Translations under genes and position numbers: made by a program
Notes under the pieces: model-generated
Databases searched by the model: none
What the model was told of the DNA's origin: nothing
What the model saw: the letters and a program-made list of their open reading frames with translations, nothing else
NCBI RefSeq assembly: GCF_009914755.1
Contig: NC_060926.1
Strand: one strand, 5' to 3'
From: the human T2T-CHM13v2.0 reference genome, Homo sapiens
DNA: 64,000 nucleotides
Shown: positions 20,810-40,909 of the stretch, one piece after another
Layout: every line of letters begins with the position of its first letter
Position numbering within the stretch: position 1 is the first letter of the stretch

Positions 20810-22732
20810 TAAGCACAGCTTCTCGAGATAGAAACATGAAAGTCCTTTCCCTTATCTTGTTCTCAAAAGAGCAAACTATTTCAAAGACAAAGGTGTATAC
20901 AGATGCTTCAGAGAATATTTTGAAGAGATTCATAAGGACTCTCACTTGAATTCTTGCCTTTTTTTTAAGATAGGGGGTCTTGTTCAGTTGCCCAAGCTGG
21001 AGTATAGTGGCACAATTACTGTTCACTGCAGCCTCGGCCTCCTGGGCTAAATCAATCCTTCCACCTCAGTCCCAATTAGCTGGGACTCTAGGCGTGTACC
21101 ACTACACCTGGCTAATTTTTGTATTTTTTGTAGAGATGGGGTTTTGTCATGTTGCTCAGGCTGGTCTTGAACTAGGCTCAAGCGATCCACCGCCTTAGCC
21201 TCCAAAAGTGCTGGGATTACAGGCGTGAGCCATCACACCCAGTCCTTGCTGCTATTAAGATAATTCTTGCTTTGGCTCAACTGAAAAAAAATCCAACACT
21301 GACAACTGTAACCATGATAAGCTAATTTTAAGACAAAATTTTAGAAATGTGTTTACGATGGGGCTTGATGTAAAAAAAAATTAATCCAAGCTCATCCATT
21401 CTTCAAGTTAAAAAAAGGCAGGGTAAGAAATTATCATTTTCAGTCTGCTAAAAACTAACTAGACAGATATATTTAGCCTAATACATACATCCCTTTCTCA
21501 CCTGAGATTAAAATTTTATTCCTTGCCTCACTAAGCAGCTGTTTCTAACTTTCAGGTATTGTAATTTGAAGCCTCAATGCTCATTAGAAATTCTAAGAGA
21601 GTATTCCTAAATCCCCATTAAACTATTTGTACTCATTTTGGTGAGATCAGCACCAACACAAATTATTTATTTCATACTGCAAGTGTAAAAAGTATTCATG
21701 ACACAAAATATCTGATTCCTTTCCAACCAATTTATGCAAGTGACATTTGCTAATGTATAGAAACATGGATGAAGGTTGTGTGTGTGTTTTAAGATAGAAG
21801 TGAAAGGTTCAAATTTTCTACCTAGAGATAACAAGTATCTTGAAACTTTTGGAAAACAAGCATGTATCTCTCCATGAAGCCCCACAGTGATCTATATAGT
21901 TTCTGGAGAATTGAAGAAAAAGAAGCACAGAGAAGAGATTATATATGAAAGATAGTGTGAATTTTCCTAACAATATGAAAGATGAATAACCAGTATAAGA
22001 CTCCTTTAAAAACAATTCCACTCTTTTCTAAATTTAGCGAAGCATAAACTCATCATTCTAGTGGCAAAACCGACCCTTAATGTGAAAATAGTGTTTCCAA
22101 ATTATGGCAAACATACTCTATTTGGAACACTTTTTAACCAAAAAAGGTAAGGTTATAAAACATGCCAAACACTGGTGAGAAGTCTGATAGGAAATAAATC
22201 TAACTGATTCAAGTAGTTTTTTAAAATTTTCTTCAGTAAGTATATATCCTTTACTAACTTCTAGGCATAGATTTTAAACTCCAAAATTGCTATCATTAAT
22301 TATAACACCTAATTAGTTATTTAAATTTCTCTCATTTAGGCAAATGAGAAAACTAGGTAGAAAAGTCAGGAATTACTTTATAAGGCCATAAACCAAACAA
22401 ATCCGTTTCAAGACTTCAAGCAGCAACTTTGAGGGAAAAAAAATCTTTTAAAAATTCTAGAAGTCCATGAAATCAATTAAATAGAAGACACTCAAACATA
22501 CTTTAAGTAATTCCCCAAATTTATTACTCTATTTTAAAAAATTGCCATATTTCATCTTTAAAAGTATTCCATAGATTACTTAGATTACCCCCAGAATTCA
22601 ACATTTATATAGGTGGAGGAAGGGAGGGAGGGAGAAATGAAGGACAGAAGAAAAGAGAAGAAAAAACAAGAAAAGAAAAAATTCCAAGCCTGTTAATGAA
22701 ATCAAGGATTGATTCTCATGATTAGCCCTTAC

Positions 22733-22950
22733 CTACGATCCTCTGATTTGGGGATGGGGTTGGTGCAGCGTTGGCTGTTATACTTGGCCACATATTCACA
22801 TTGCTTGAAGGGGGCAGTCTTGTCCTCCAGAACGTGTCTGATACAGAAGGCGTAGCCGTTGAGTCGCCTCTGCTTGCACAGTTTGGGGCTATATGAGCAC
22901 AAGGGCTTATTGTCAACCTCAGAGAAGTGTATATGTTTCCCTTCATACAT
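22733..22950 (-). CDS. INO80D: INO80D first coding exon, coding part (whole exon 22733-22979), N-terminal C3Hc3H zinc-finger-like domain
   Basis: ATG at 22950 gives MYEGKHIHFSEVDNKPLCSYSPKLCKQRRLNGYAFCIRHVLEDKTAPFKQCEYVAKYNSQRCTNPIPKSEDR(R), the recognised INO80D N-terminus. Acceptor ccttttag|CTG at 22979 and donor AG|gtaagg at 22733 (218 coding nt, phase 2). The Cys/His spacing fits the zf-C3Hc3H family also found in KANSL2. Confidence 0.96.
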
Positions 22951-23084
22951 CACGTGACTCTATTCCTTGTGAACATCAGCTAAAAGGCCACCACAAAAAA
23001 AGAAACCCAAATGATAAATCAGAGAGTATAAGGCAGATTTAAGTTGAGAATTTCACTGAGGGACTTCTGGCCCCACAGCCATAC

Positions 23085-23178
23085 CTGATTTTAAATCTTC
23101 TGCACCATAGCAATGTTAAGAGAACCCCCAAGGATACCACAGTTTGGAATGCCGCAGAATCAGGATGAAGCAGATTGT
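23085..23178 (-). other. INO80D: INO80D non-coding 5'UTR exon (94 nt)
   Basis: Minus strand reads tttttatag|ACAATCTG...AAATCAG|gtatgg. A 105-nt intron separates it from the first coding exon. Confidence 0.8.
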
Positions 23179-23371
23179 CTATAAAAATATCAAAAGGCCT
23201 AGTTAACAAACAGAAATAAGCAAAGCTAGCTCACCCAGGAAGCAAAATACTAAGATATCACCCTTACTAATGCAATGGATTCTTCACTGTAAATCAACAT
23301 CCCAATAACGAGGTTAAATAAGAAAATAAGAGACATTATAAAACATTAAGTTGGCTGGGCGCCGTGGCTCA

Positions 23372-23623
<252 letters not shown>

Positions 23624-24940
23624 TCAAAAACAAAACAAAAAAAAAGTAAGTTACCTTATCCCCCCAAATTGAACTAAATAACATTTGCTCTGGTTAAGTT
23701 CTATAAATACCTCAAAGCAGCAAAACTCTTCCACCAAATGAATGTCACAGGTAGCAGGTCTCTTTTTCATTACTGATGTTTGCATGCTATACTCATTTTC
23801 AGAACCCACATCCCTTTACAATGCCAGCAGAATAAATGGTAGACCTAAAACTTCTCTCAGAAATTCTACTTCTTTTGATATGATGGTAAAATATTTGGCA
23901 ATTTATAAATTTTTCTATGAAATACAAAATAAATTTTGTATTTAAATTTCTGTCATTAAAAAATGTTCTTTCCCTTATAATATTTCCCCACACCTATCCC
24001 ATCCAATCACAATAAACTTCTCAGGCCCAAAGACTAGTCAGCTGACCACACTTATATCATTCATTTCAAAGTTCTGCACCACATGGTGCTTCCAGTCACA
24101 CTAAATAGTAAAATAATCGTGGCTTATGAGTCTTTTCAGAGTCAGTGAGAAAATGGAAGGAGGGAATTACACAATACTCACTACCAATCTACACGCAAAA
24201 GGCCCAGTGGTAGGATTTATATATTACAACACCATCTAGTCTATCATGAAACTGAATCTATTTTGCCAAGTCAGGATCTTAGTGAGCTGATGGAGTCTCA
24301 CCCATCCTCTTCCACACTTCCAGCCATCAAGATGGCTGATGGAACAGCTCAGATATCAGCTACTGAAAAAGTCCAGAAATACTCTCTGTTTTACCAGTAA
24401 ATGACAAGATACATAAATGCTGGAGGTGTCAGAAGACACGGTTGTTCAAGTCCAAAATCTGCCACTTGCTGTGTTACCTTGAACAAATCATTTAACCTAT
24501 TTGAATGTCAGTTTTCTCATCTGTAAAACAGGGATAATAATAGTAGCTATGTTATCAGGATACTGGAATGATCAAATGATACAAAGCATCCAACATACTA
24601 AGTATCATCCCTAGTATATGGTAAATACTAGAGAAACAAATTACTATTCACAAGTGTTCATTCTTGTAATACAAGACTACATTCCACCTGCCAGTAATGA
24701 AAGTAGAGAATTTGTAGTCTTCTCAAGACATACTTCACTTACTGTAGTAGGAAAAAAAAAAACTCAAAATATTAACTTAGTTAATAAAAATCATATTTTC
24801 TCTTCTGGAGGGAAAAAAAATCACATTCATTACTAAGTAAATTAATCACACATTAATGTAAAAAATAAGAGCTTTCTCTTTTCACCTTATGAGAATGTAA
24901 GAAAAAAAAGTTGGACTAGAAATTTAAATTTAGGTGCTAA

Positions 24941-27545
<2,605 letters not shown>

Positions 27546-27901
27546 TTGAAAATTATAAAACATAAACATTTAAATTTAGCTGCCCTGGATGTTTGGGACA
27601 GGAAATATTTCAAAGCAAATCCATGCCATTTTTCATTTTTCACCATCTTTGCTCTACTCACCCACAAGCCAAACACACACGTATCTTTCACAAATTAGTT
27701 CAAAGAAACCTATACGAACATCAAGAAAAAAGAGCAATCTACATGTCTGTAGGTATGAGAGCATTTTACAAATCATAGAAAGAAATCTGAGGGCAGGGAT
27801 GGAAGGATGTGAAGTTGCAGTGTGCCGAGATCGTGCCACTGCACTCCAGCCTGGGCAACAGAGGGAAACCCTGTTTCAAAAAAAAAATGCAACTCAACTG
27901 A

Positions 27902-28563
<662 letters not shown>

Positions 28564-29072
28564 TTTTAGATGCAACTCTTGTTGGGTTTGACTTTTTGCT
28601 CCAATCTGAATCATTTTACTTTTGAGCAATTTTTTTTTCTTTTCTTTTTTTTGAGACAGTGTCTCACTCTGTCACCTAGGTTGGAGTGTAGTGGCACAAT
28701 CACCACTCACTGCACCCTCAACCTCCAGGGCTCAAGCAATCCTCCCACCTCAGCCTCCTGAGTAGCTGCGACTAAAGGCACATACCACTACACAGTGCTA
28801 ATTTTCTGTATTTTTTGTAGAGACGAGGTTTCACCATGTTGCCTAGGCTGGTCTTGAACTTCCGGTCTCAAGTGATCTCCCTGCCTGGGCCTCCCAAAGT
28901 GCTGGGATTACAGGCCTGAGTCACCCTGCCTGGTCCAAGTCATTTTCTTTTAATAAATGAGTTTATCCAATTTATAATTTTGTATTTATGACATATTTCA
29001 TCTTAATCCTATTATATTTTGTATTGCCTTTAGCCTTTAATTTAATCTTTTCATTATACATTTCACTATATT

Positions 29073-29568
29073 CAGTACAAAGGTTTGAACTGTGTAGCTC
29101 TACTTATACATGGATTTTTTTTCCTCCTCTGCTACCCTGACAGTAAGACCAACCCCTTCTCTTTTTCCTCCATCTATTCAATGTGAAGACTTTTATGATG
29201 ATCTGCTTCCACTTAATACTAAATATATTTTCCTTATGGTTTTCTTAATAACATTTTCTTTTCTATAGCTTACTGTATTGTAAAAATATAATATATAATA
29301 CATATACAAAATATGTGTTAATCTGTTCACGTTTTCAGCAAGGCTTCTAGTTAACAGTAGGCTAGTTAACTTTCTTGGGTAGTCAAAAGTTCTAATATGG
29401 CCAAGTGTGGTGGCTCATGCCTGTAATCCTAGCACTCTGGGAGGCCAAGGCGAGTGGATCACCTGAGGTCAGGAGTTCTAATGCAGATTCTCAAAAAAAA
29501 GTTCTAATGCAGATTCTCAACATGTGGGGTTGGTACCTATACTTTCAAGTTGTTCAAGGGTCAACTGT
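29073..29568 (+). mobile_element. Tigger2a-like element containing a collapsed Alu
   Basis: The 5' part ggtttgaactgtgtagctctacttatac and the 3' TIR ttgttcaagggtcaactg followed by TA fit Tigger2. The Alu remnant is at 29399-29500. Confidence 0.7.
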
Positions 29569-32500
29569 AGTCTGTTTTCTTAGAAAAACTGTAGTCTGTC
29601 TCCTTTAGATAACATTTCTTTACTCCACACTAAGAAAATTAGTATACTTATCAGCATTATTGCAACTGATCCCATGTTATAAACGAGAAAAATTTCCAGA
29701 CTTACAACTACCTACCCATCCCTAACTCTCAAGGCTTTTTCCTGTTGTTGTTCTTAGTTCTACATTTAAATTTATTCAATGCAAAATGATGCTTTTTTTT
29801 AACTTAGTCTTCCATTCACTTCTTGATTCAATAGTTTACAACACAGTCTCCTCTCCTTTCTTTCCCCGAAAAGAGCAGATTTGTGGAAACTATAAGCCAC
29901 GATTTTTCTATTTGAAAACATACGTTGGCCAGGTATGATGGTGCACGCCTGTAATCCCAGCACTTTGGGAGGCTGAGGCGTGTAGGCTGCTTTGAGCTCA
30001 GAAGTTCGAAGCCAGCCTGGGCAACAGAGCGAAACCCTATCTCTACAAAGAATACAAAAATTAGGCCAGGTGCAGTGGCTCACGCCTGTAATCCCAGCAC
30101 TTTGGGAGGCCAAGGTGAGGTGGGCGGATCACTTGAGGTCAGGAGTTCGAGACCAGCCTGGCCAACATGTTGAAACACCATTTCTACTAAAAACAAAACA
30201 ACACAAAAATTAGCTGGGTGTGGTGGCATGTGCCTGTAGTCCTGGTTACTTGAGAGGCTGAGGTGAAGGGATTGCTTGAGCCTGAGAGGTCGAGGCTACA
30301 GTGTGCCAAAACTGCACCACACCGCACTCCAGCCTGGGCAACAGAATGAGACTCTGTCTCAAAAAAAGAAAAGAGCCAGGCGCGGTGGCTCATGCCTGTA
30401 ATCCCAGCACTTTGGGAGGCCGAGGTGGGCGGATCATGAGGTCAGGAGATAGAGACCATCCTGACTAACACGGTGAAACCCTGTCTCTACTTAAAATACA
30501 AAAAATTAGCCGGGCATGGTGGCATGTGCCTATAGTCCCAGCTACTCAGGAGACTGAGGCAGGAGAATCGCTTGAACCCAGGAGGCAGAGGTTGCAGTTA
30601 GGCAAGATCACGCCACTGCACTCCAGGCAACAGAGCAAGACTCCGTCTCAAAAAAAAAGAAAAAAGAAAGAAAAGAAAACATGTCAATTGGTGTTATACT
30701 TAAACAACAGCTTGTCTGGAAATAAAATTCTTGGGTTGTGCTTTTTTTTATCTACTGACTTTGTATATATTGTTTCATGCTGAAAAAGCCTGAAGCCAGT
30801 CTCTTGATTTTATAGGGGACTTGATTTTTTTTTTTTTTTTTTTGCATGTTGACCTAACAATAAAAGTCTATTTAAAGACTAGAAACTGTTCTAAAATTTT
30901 AAATCCTTTTCTTTTCTTTTTCACTCTTGTTGCCCAGGCTGGAGTGCAATGGCACGATCTCAGCTCACTGCAACCTCCACCTCCTGGGTTCAAGCGAATT
31001 CTCCTGTCTCAGCCTCCTGAGTAGCGGGGATTACAGGTGCATGCCACCATGCTCAGGTAATTTTAGTATTTTTAGTAGAGATGGGGTTTCATCATATTGG
31101 TCAGGCTGGTCTCGAACTTGTGACCTCAGGTGATCCGCCTGCCTCAGCCTCCCAAAGTGCTGGGATTACAGGCATAAGCCACCACGCCCGGCCTTTTTTT
31201 TTTTTTTTTTTTTTTAAGAGATGAGGTTGCACTATAATGCCCAAGCTGGATTGAACTCCTGGGCTCAAGCAATCCTCCACCATAGCTGGGACTACAGGTG
31301 CATGTCACCACACCTGCCTTCAAATCTTTTATTGTGGGAAACTCTTCCTTAATGTATTGACATTTCTTTCTGCTTGATTTATTCTCCGACAGCTTCAGGG
31401 GTATCAATTATTGGCATACTAGATTGACTGTATTCCCTATCTGTCACTCTCTCTCTAGTCTTTCTTCATTTTTATTTGTTCCATTTTGGGTTGCTCAAAT
31501 TTCTCAAGCTTGCTTCCATTACCCCCAGCTATAGTTGATATTTGCACTTTGAATGTTTCTGCAATGTTACTTTTCTCTTATTTTGTACCCTGATTCCATC
31601 AGCTCACTCTTACAATACTTCTGTTGTCTTCTTTTATTTCTCGAGCTTTTATATCTCATCTTTAAACTCTAGTTTCAGAGGAGGTATGTCTCACCCCCAC
31701 CTTCCACCATAGGAACTATTTTTTCACTTTCCCTTGAGGCTTGACTCCATGCTGGACTATGTTCCCTAACTCACAGGAGCCCACATGGCATAGATTTGGG
31801 GGTGGGGTGATAATTTAGGCTTTACTTCTCTTCACATGACCAAGATCAGGAGCTGAAAGGCTGCTTGCTGCCAGTTTCTCCTCCACTCTGAACTTCCTAC
31901 AAAACTGGTAGGACTGCACAGTTTGCAACTCAGCCCCACCTCTCCTGCCACTCAGGGAGCCCAACATACATATATCCAACTTTGCCATCCATGCATGGGG
32001 ATTACTGGTTTTGTCCTCGGGGTGTGTCACTTTCTTGAGAGAAAGCTTCTTCCTTTGCTTTGCCTGGTTCTACAGAGGAAATCATCCTCTCTTGGCATCC
32101 TCTCTTGCCCTGGTTCAATTTTCACTGCACTTAATAGCACTAATTTATATATTTTGGGTTTTTTGGGAGGGTTTTGTTTGGTTTTTTTTTTGAGACAGAG
32201 TCTCGCTCTGTCACCCAGGCTGGAGTGAAGTGGTACAATCTCAGCTCAGTGCAACCTCTGTCCCTTGGATCAAGCCATTTTCCTGCCTCAGCCTCCTGAG
32301 TAGCTGGGATTATAGGCGCCCGCCACCACGCCCAGCCAATTTTTTTGTATTTTTAGTAGAGACGGGGTTTCAGCATGTTGGCGAGGCTGGTCTCGAATTC
32401 CTGTCCTCAGGTGATCCATCCACTTCAGCCTCCCAAAGTGCTAGGATTACAGGCATGAGCCACCGCGCCTGCCGTAATTCATATATTTTGATTACAAGGT

Positions 32501-34550
32501 TACAGTAATTGTCAAAGTTGCAGTTTAGTTTCTGTTTCTAATTCTCCCTATTTTTAAAGTTGGTTTGGAGAAGGAAGAATAGAGATCTCAGTACTTGCTA
32601 TCATTAACCACAAATATCTTTTTAAATTTTGAATAAACTATTCCACAATAATATCAAAACCATAAAGCATACTTATTATAGAATTTTTTTACAACAAATG
32701 CATTACTTTTGTAATAATTTTATAAAAATCTAACTTTCTTCTCTTTTTTTTTTTTTTAAGAGACAGTCTTGCTCTCTTGTCAAGGCTAGAGTGTACAGTG
32801 GCACAATCATAGCAGCCTCAAGCTCCTGGGCTCAATTGATCCTTTTACCTTAGCCTCCCAAGTAGCTGGGACTACAGGCATTAATCACTGTGCCCAACTA
32901 ATTTTTTAATTTATTGTAGAGATGGAGTCTCACTACATTGCCCAGGCTGGTCTTGAACTCCTAGCCTCAAGTGATCCTCCTGCTTCACCTCCCAAAGTGC
33001 TGGGATTACAGGCGTGAGCCACCACAACCAGCCTGAATTTCTTCTAATTGAGTATTATTGTAGTATCAAAATCACTGTTCTGTAAACTGGAAACAGATCA
33101 ATATCTGGTCTTCTCTACATTAATAAACTTCTCCTTTTTAAATAAAGAAGAAGTTATGACAAACGCACTGAGGCAGTTCTCAGAAAAAATCCTACATATT
33201 TTTCACTCTTTACCCCTAGCCTTCCACAGCTGGCGTTTTTTACCCTGATTTTACTAAAGGTGAAGTTCACATCACTTTCACTCTTTGGCATTGAGTGCAA
33301 GATATAAATAAGAATGGAAATATACAATATATAAAGCCCACATAATCTTAATCAAATGTCTTTTAGACCCTGATATATAAATACTATCGCATTTTCTTTC
33401 TTCCTTTCTTTCCTTTCCCTCTTTTTTCTGAGACAGGGTCTTGCTCTGTGGCCAGGCTGGAGTGCAGTGGTATGATTACGACTTACTGAAGCCTTGACCT
33501 CCCCAGCTCAAGTGATCCTTCCACCTCAACCTCCCAAGGAGCTGGGGCCACAAGCACATGCCACCACGCCCAGCTAATTTTTCATATTTTTAGTAGATAT
33601 GGGGTTTCACCGTGTTGCCCAGGCTGGTCTCGAACCTCTAGGCTCAAGCCATCCACCAGCATCAGCCTCCCAAAGTGCTGGGATTACAGGCCTAAGCCAC
33701 CATGCTCAGCCTATCACATTTCCTAATCCATGCAAACAAAAGGCTAAAACTAAGCACTATCTTTTTTTGTTTTTGTTTTTGTTTTTAGAAAAGGGGGGTG
33801 TCTCACTATGTTGCCCAGCTGGTCTCAAACTCCTAGTCTCAGTGAGCCTCCTGCCTCAGCCTACCAAACTGCTGGGATTATAGGCGTGAACCACCATGCC
33901 CAGCCAAACTCTACTTTTTAATACATGATGAATATCACTTTAAAAAGAAAAAAAAACCTTAGCCAAACTAAATTTATTAACAGTTCTAGCAAATACCATC
34001 TTCAGCTGTGGAGACAACTTGCTTAGCATATAAACAGACCTATGCTCCCTTAAAGGAGAGAATGCAGGTAATTAAAGCACTTTAGAGCAGCAGCAGAATA
34101 TACACTGTTATTACCAAAAAATGGAAATAACCATTACTGAGAACAGAAAATACTCAAGTCTCACTTGTTGTAGAAAAAATATTTCAACAGCAAACATAAC
34201 CATATACTAGAATTCAAGAGTAGGAAATAGCCGGGCACGGAGGGTCACGCCTGTAATCCCAGCACTTTGGGAGGCCAAGACAGGCGGATCACCTGAGGTC
34301 AGGAGTTCAAGACCAACCTGGCCAACATGTTGAAACCCCGTCTCTACAAACACACAAAAATTAGCCGGGCATGATTGCGGGTGCCTGTAATCCTAGCTAC
34401 TCAGGAGGCTGAGGCAGGAGAAACTGCTTGAACCCGGGAGGCGGAGGTTGCAGTGAGCCGAGATCACACCGTTACACTCCAACCTGTCTAAAAACAAAAA
34501 CAAAAAACAGTAGGAAATATGATTAGGTTTAGGTTTTTAAAAAATCCTCA

Positions 34551-34957
<407 letters not shown>

Positions 34958-35357
34958 TTCCTCTTTGATATTATACACCAAGTTTAATAGGAAAATTGAA
35001 CAATTCATTTCCATTGTTTCTTACTTCTTACAAATACAGAGGAATAAGACATTAGCAAGGAGAAAAGTAAGGAAGATACACTTTTAACAAAAGCAGCCAG
35101 CAGCCCTTTCAGTCTTCCAATGATAACCACAAAACAATTTGACAAAAATATGAACATTATTCTCTTTGGGACTACCACTTGATCACCTCCATGTGGAATC
35201 TCTATGTCACTGCTGTTCTTTTGATTCTCCTGTTTCAGAAACATGTTCATTTCACTGCCACACCATTTTTCTCTAATTGCCATCTGTAATTTTATATCCT
35301 ACCACTTTTAAAGAGCCTAGATCTACAACATACCTTATAATTTTTTTTTTTTTTTAA

Positions 35358-36039
<682 letters not shown>

Positions 36040-36894
36040 TTACTTGAGCCCAGGAGTTCAACACCAGGCTGGGCAATGTAATGAAACCCTCGACAAAAAA
36101 TAAAATAAATAAAACTAACATGAGCCTACTAAATTATCAGAATGTTTGTTTTCCAATATACTTAATGCAAATGAAAAGAATATTTACTTATCCCAGAAAG
36201 AGTGGATACTGTTAAAATCATATTTAGAGTATCATAAAGTCTTAAAAACGTTTTTCCATGTTATGTACTTTTTAAATGAGTTTTAATTCAACTTGATGAA
36301 GCATAAGAATGTAATAAGACACTAAACAGATGACTATATTGATTTTAAGAACCAAACATCTATATTACCTATGTAAAAAATAGTAAAATCAGACTGAGGA
36401 ATGATGAAAATCTATCAACTGATGTGACTGGAAGAGAAAGAAGCAGTGAGAAAACTGCTTATCACTCGAAAATATAAACAACATTCATTATAATCAAGTT
36501 TGAACCAGAATATTTTAAAATAATGCTTATTGAATGTCTAGTATGTGCCATATACTGTACTCAGACAGCACTGTACAAGTAAGTTTGCATTAGGAATTTC
36601 AATGAACTTTACACTAGTTCCTTCCCTGCTATATTAGAAAGGTAAGGATAGTTTATGCAGCAGAAAGATCACTCACTGGCTCTGGTAGGTATCAGAGAGG
36701 GGGATCAAATCTGGTTTTGCTAATTACTAAGTATAAGACCTTGGGCAAGTTATTTAGGCTTCAGTCTTCTCATCTGTAAAGGGAAGATTGTAATTGTATG
36801 TATCTCATTGAGTTGCCTAGGATAATTAAATTAGGTATTTCATGAACTGTAACCCCAGCATATAGTAATCACTTAATATTAACTACCATTAGAA

Positions 36895-37307
<413 letters not shown>

Positions 37308-37962
37308 CTAGAATCTGTAGGACTAAAATACATTCTCCAGCTGTTAGTGGTTTTCTGAATAGTTTCCTATAATCATTAAAAATCTAATATCCAAAATATT
37401 TCCTACATTCTATAGAGCACTTAAATACTAATGTTCTTGTGATGGAAAACACTAGCAGAATGAGCACTGTTTGACTGATCTGGGTACAGTATTTATTAGT
37501 TCCAGTTAATAATCCTTCACAACAAATGCTTTCTAAGTTCCGATCCATGTCACAGTCATTCTCTGTTGTTACAGAAACCCTGCATTACAGGACAAGAGGA
37601 AAGAAGAAAAACTAAGTTGTAGCTCTACTCCTCAAAGTTCTTTTGTGCTAAAAATCTGAAACTAATGGCCTCTTTGTTACTGAATTCCACATACACTTTT
37701 CCGCCTTCAGCTAACTGGACCTCTCTGCAGCATCTGACACTGCTGACCACTTTCTCTTTCTTGAAAATCTCTCCTTTCTGACCAGTCAGTGAGTTCTTTT
37801 CTCTTGACCCCCTTGCTTCCATGCCAATATACTCCAAGGTTCGTTTAATCTTACTTTACAGGGGTGCAAGATGAAATGCCTACATGGGCTGGAAGAGTAG
37901 GCCAGGGGCATTCTTTGGCATACTTTGCTCAAATCATTTCCAGCAAGTTGTTGCAATGTTTA

Positions 37963-38375
<413 letters not shown>

Positions 38376-39099
38376 TCATGTCAGCAGCTCCTTTAAACTT
38401 TTGAACATATGAAGGCCGGGGGTGGTGACTCACACCTGTAATTCCAACACTATGGCAGGCTGAGGCAGAAGGATCACTTGAGCCCCTTTGTTTGAGCCCA
38501 GCCTGGGGCAACATAGTAAGACCCTGTCTCCATTTAAACAAAAACAACAAAAAAAGAAAAAGACAGCCAGGCGCGGTGGCTCACGCCTGTAATCCCAGCA
38601 CTTTGGGAGGCCAAGGCAGGTGGATCACGAGATCAGGAGTTCAAGACTAGCCTGGCCAAGATGGTGAAACCCCGTCTCTACTAAAAACACAAAAATTACT
38701 GGGTGTGGTGGTGGGCGCCTGTAATCCCAGCTACTCGGGAGGCTGGGGCAGAGAATTGCTTGAACCTGGGAGGCAGAGATTGCAGTGAGCCAATCGCACC
38801 ACTGCACTCTAGGCTGGGCAACAGAGTGAGACTTTGTCTCAAAAAAGAAAAGAAAAAGACATGTAACCCTAAGTTATTTTATAAATCTGTTTCCTCATGT
38901 ATGAAAAGGTACTGAAGAAAAATCAGAAACCATCACAAAAAGTGTGGGTCAAACAAAACATTTCTATAGGCTTTATCTTTTTTTTTTTCTGAGTTAAGTT
39001 CTCCCTTTGCCACCCAGGCTGAAGTGCAGTGGTGTGATCAAGATTCACTGCAACCTTGACCTCCTGAGTTCAAGCGATCCTCTCACCTCAGCCTCCTGA

Positions 39100-39339
<240 letters not shown>

Positions 39340-40497
39340 TAAGAACCACTGACTAGCCCAAATTTGTCTACTTCTACCATTTCAGCAGCCGTCTGTGAGG
39401 ATGAGTCCCACATTTACATCCAGTCCACCTATGAGATCGCCTTACCTCCTTAACATGCCTCTGCCACTGCTACCTCCTCTCAATTGCCATTGCCACCACC
39501 TTAGTTCAAACCCTCTTCAAATCTCTTGTCAGGAGCTGCCTCACTGGTCTAATTACAGTCTTGTCCTCCTTTTTCCTACTCTGTATAACTCAAATCCTCT
39601 AAATCTCAAGTAATTTATGTGGCCAAAGACTTTCAGGGTCTGCTTGTCACGTAAAAGAAATCCAAACTCCTTCCCCTAACACAGAAACTCCTTAGGACCT
39701 GGCCAGACTGACCTTTCCCTCTCACTATTTATTCCCCTCCTCCTCCAACTCCTGGGAGGTAACAGAACCACAATTTGCAACACAGGATACTCTTTTGTCC
39801 CTAAACTTTGATTCCTACTTACAGGTCACACCTTATGGAATGCCGAACTCCTCCCATTCGCTTAGGACAGAAACTTCCCCTGCAAAGCCCTCACTTTAAA
39901 ACCTAGCCTGCCCTTTAGGCCAGAATAGAAGAATATTCCTCCAGGCTAAGCTATTACTTAACATTCACATTGGCATTGTAAATGTCAGCTTATTTTTCTT
40001 CTCCAATAGACTAAAAACTCCTCAAGGGCAGAGAACGTGTCTCTATTGCAAAGCTCAGAGCTACAACAGAGAAGCTAATCTGTTAAATGAATGAACCAGC
40101 AGCTGCTCCTACCAATCAAGTCAGGTAAACATGCCCAGGACTCTAAAGTGAGCCTATCAATTCTACAAACTGCTCAGTGCCTTCAAAACCATGCAACACT
40201 ACCATCCACGGGGACTCACAAAAACACTTCAAAACCTGAAAGAGCGGAACCAGGAGTAAAGCAAACCCACCCTGTGCTCCTTTGCCCTCGGTGTACTTAC
40301 TATACCTTTATATTGGCCAATTCCAAATTCAAACAGCAGAGACTATGCTAACATGAAGCTGCTGAAATGGAATATACTGCACAATTTTTTACTGGCAAAA
40401 ATATATTTATTTGCCCCATTAAAGTAATTATAATATTCTCTCTGTACTCAAATACTTATTAGTATTATTAATATATACTGAGGCAAGAACTCATTAA

Positions 40498-40844
<347 letters not shown>

Positions 40845-40909
40845 TTAGAAAAAAATAGAAAAGTTATGCACCAGAAAAAGTTATGCACCAAGAAAATATA
40901 AAGGTTATG

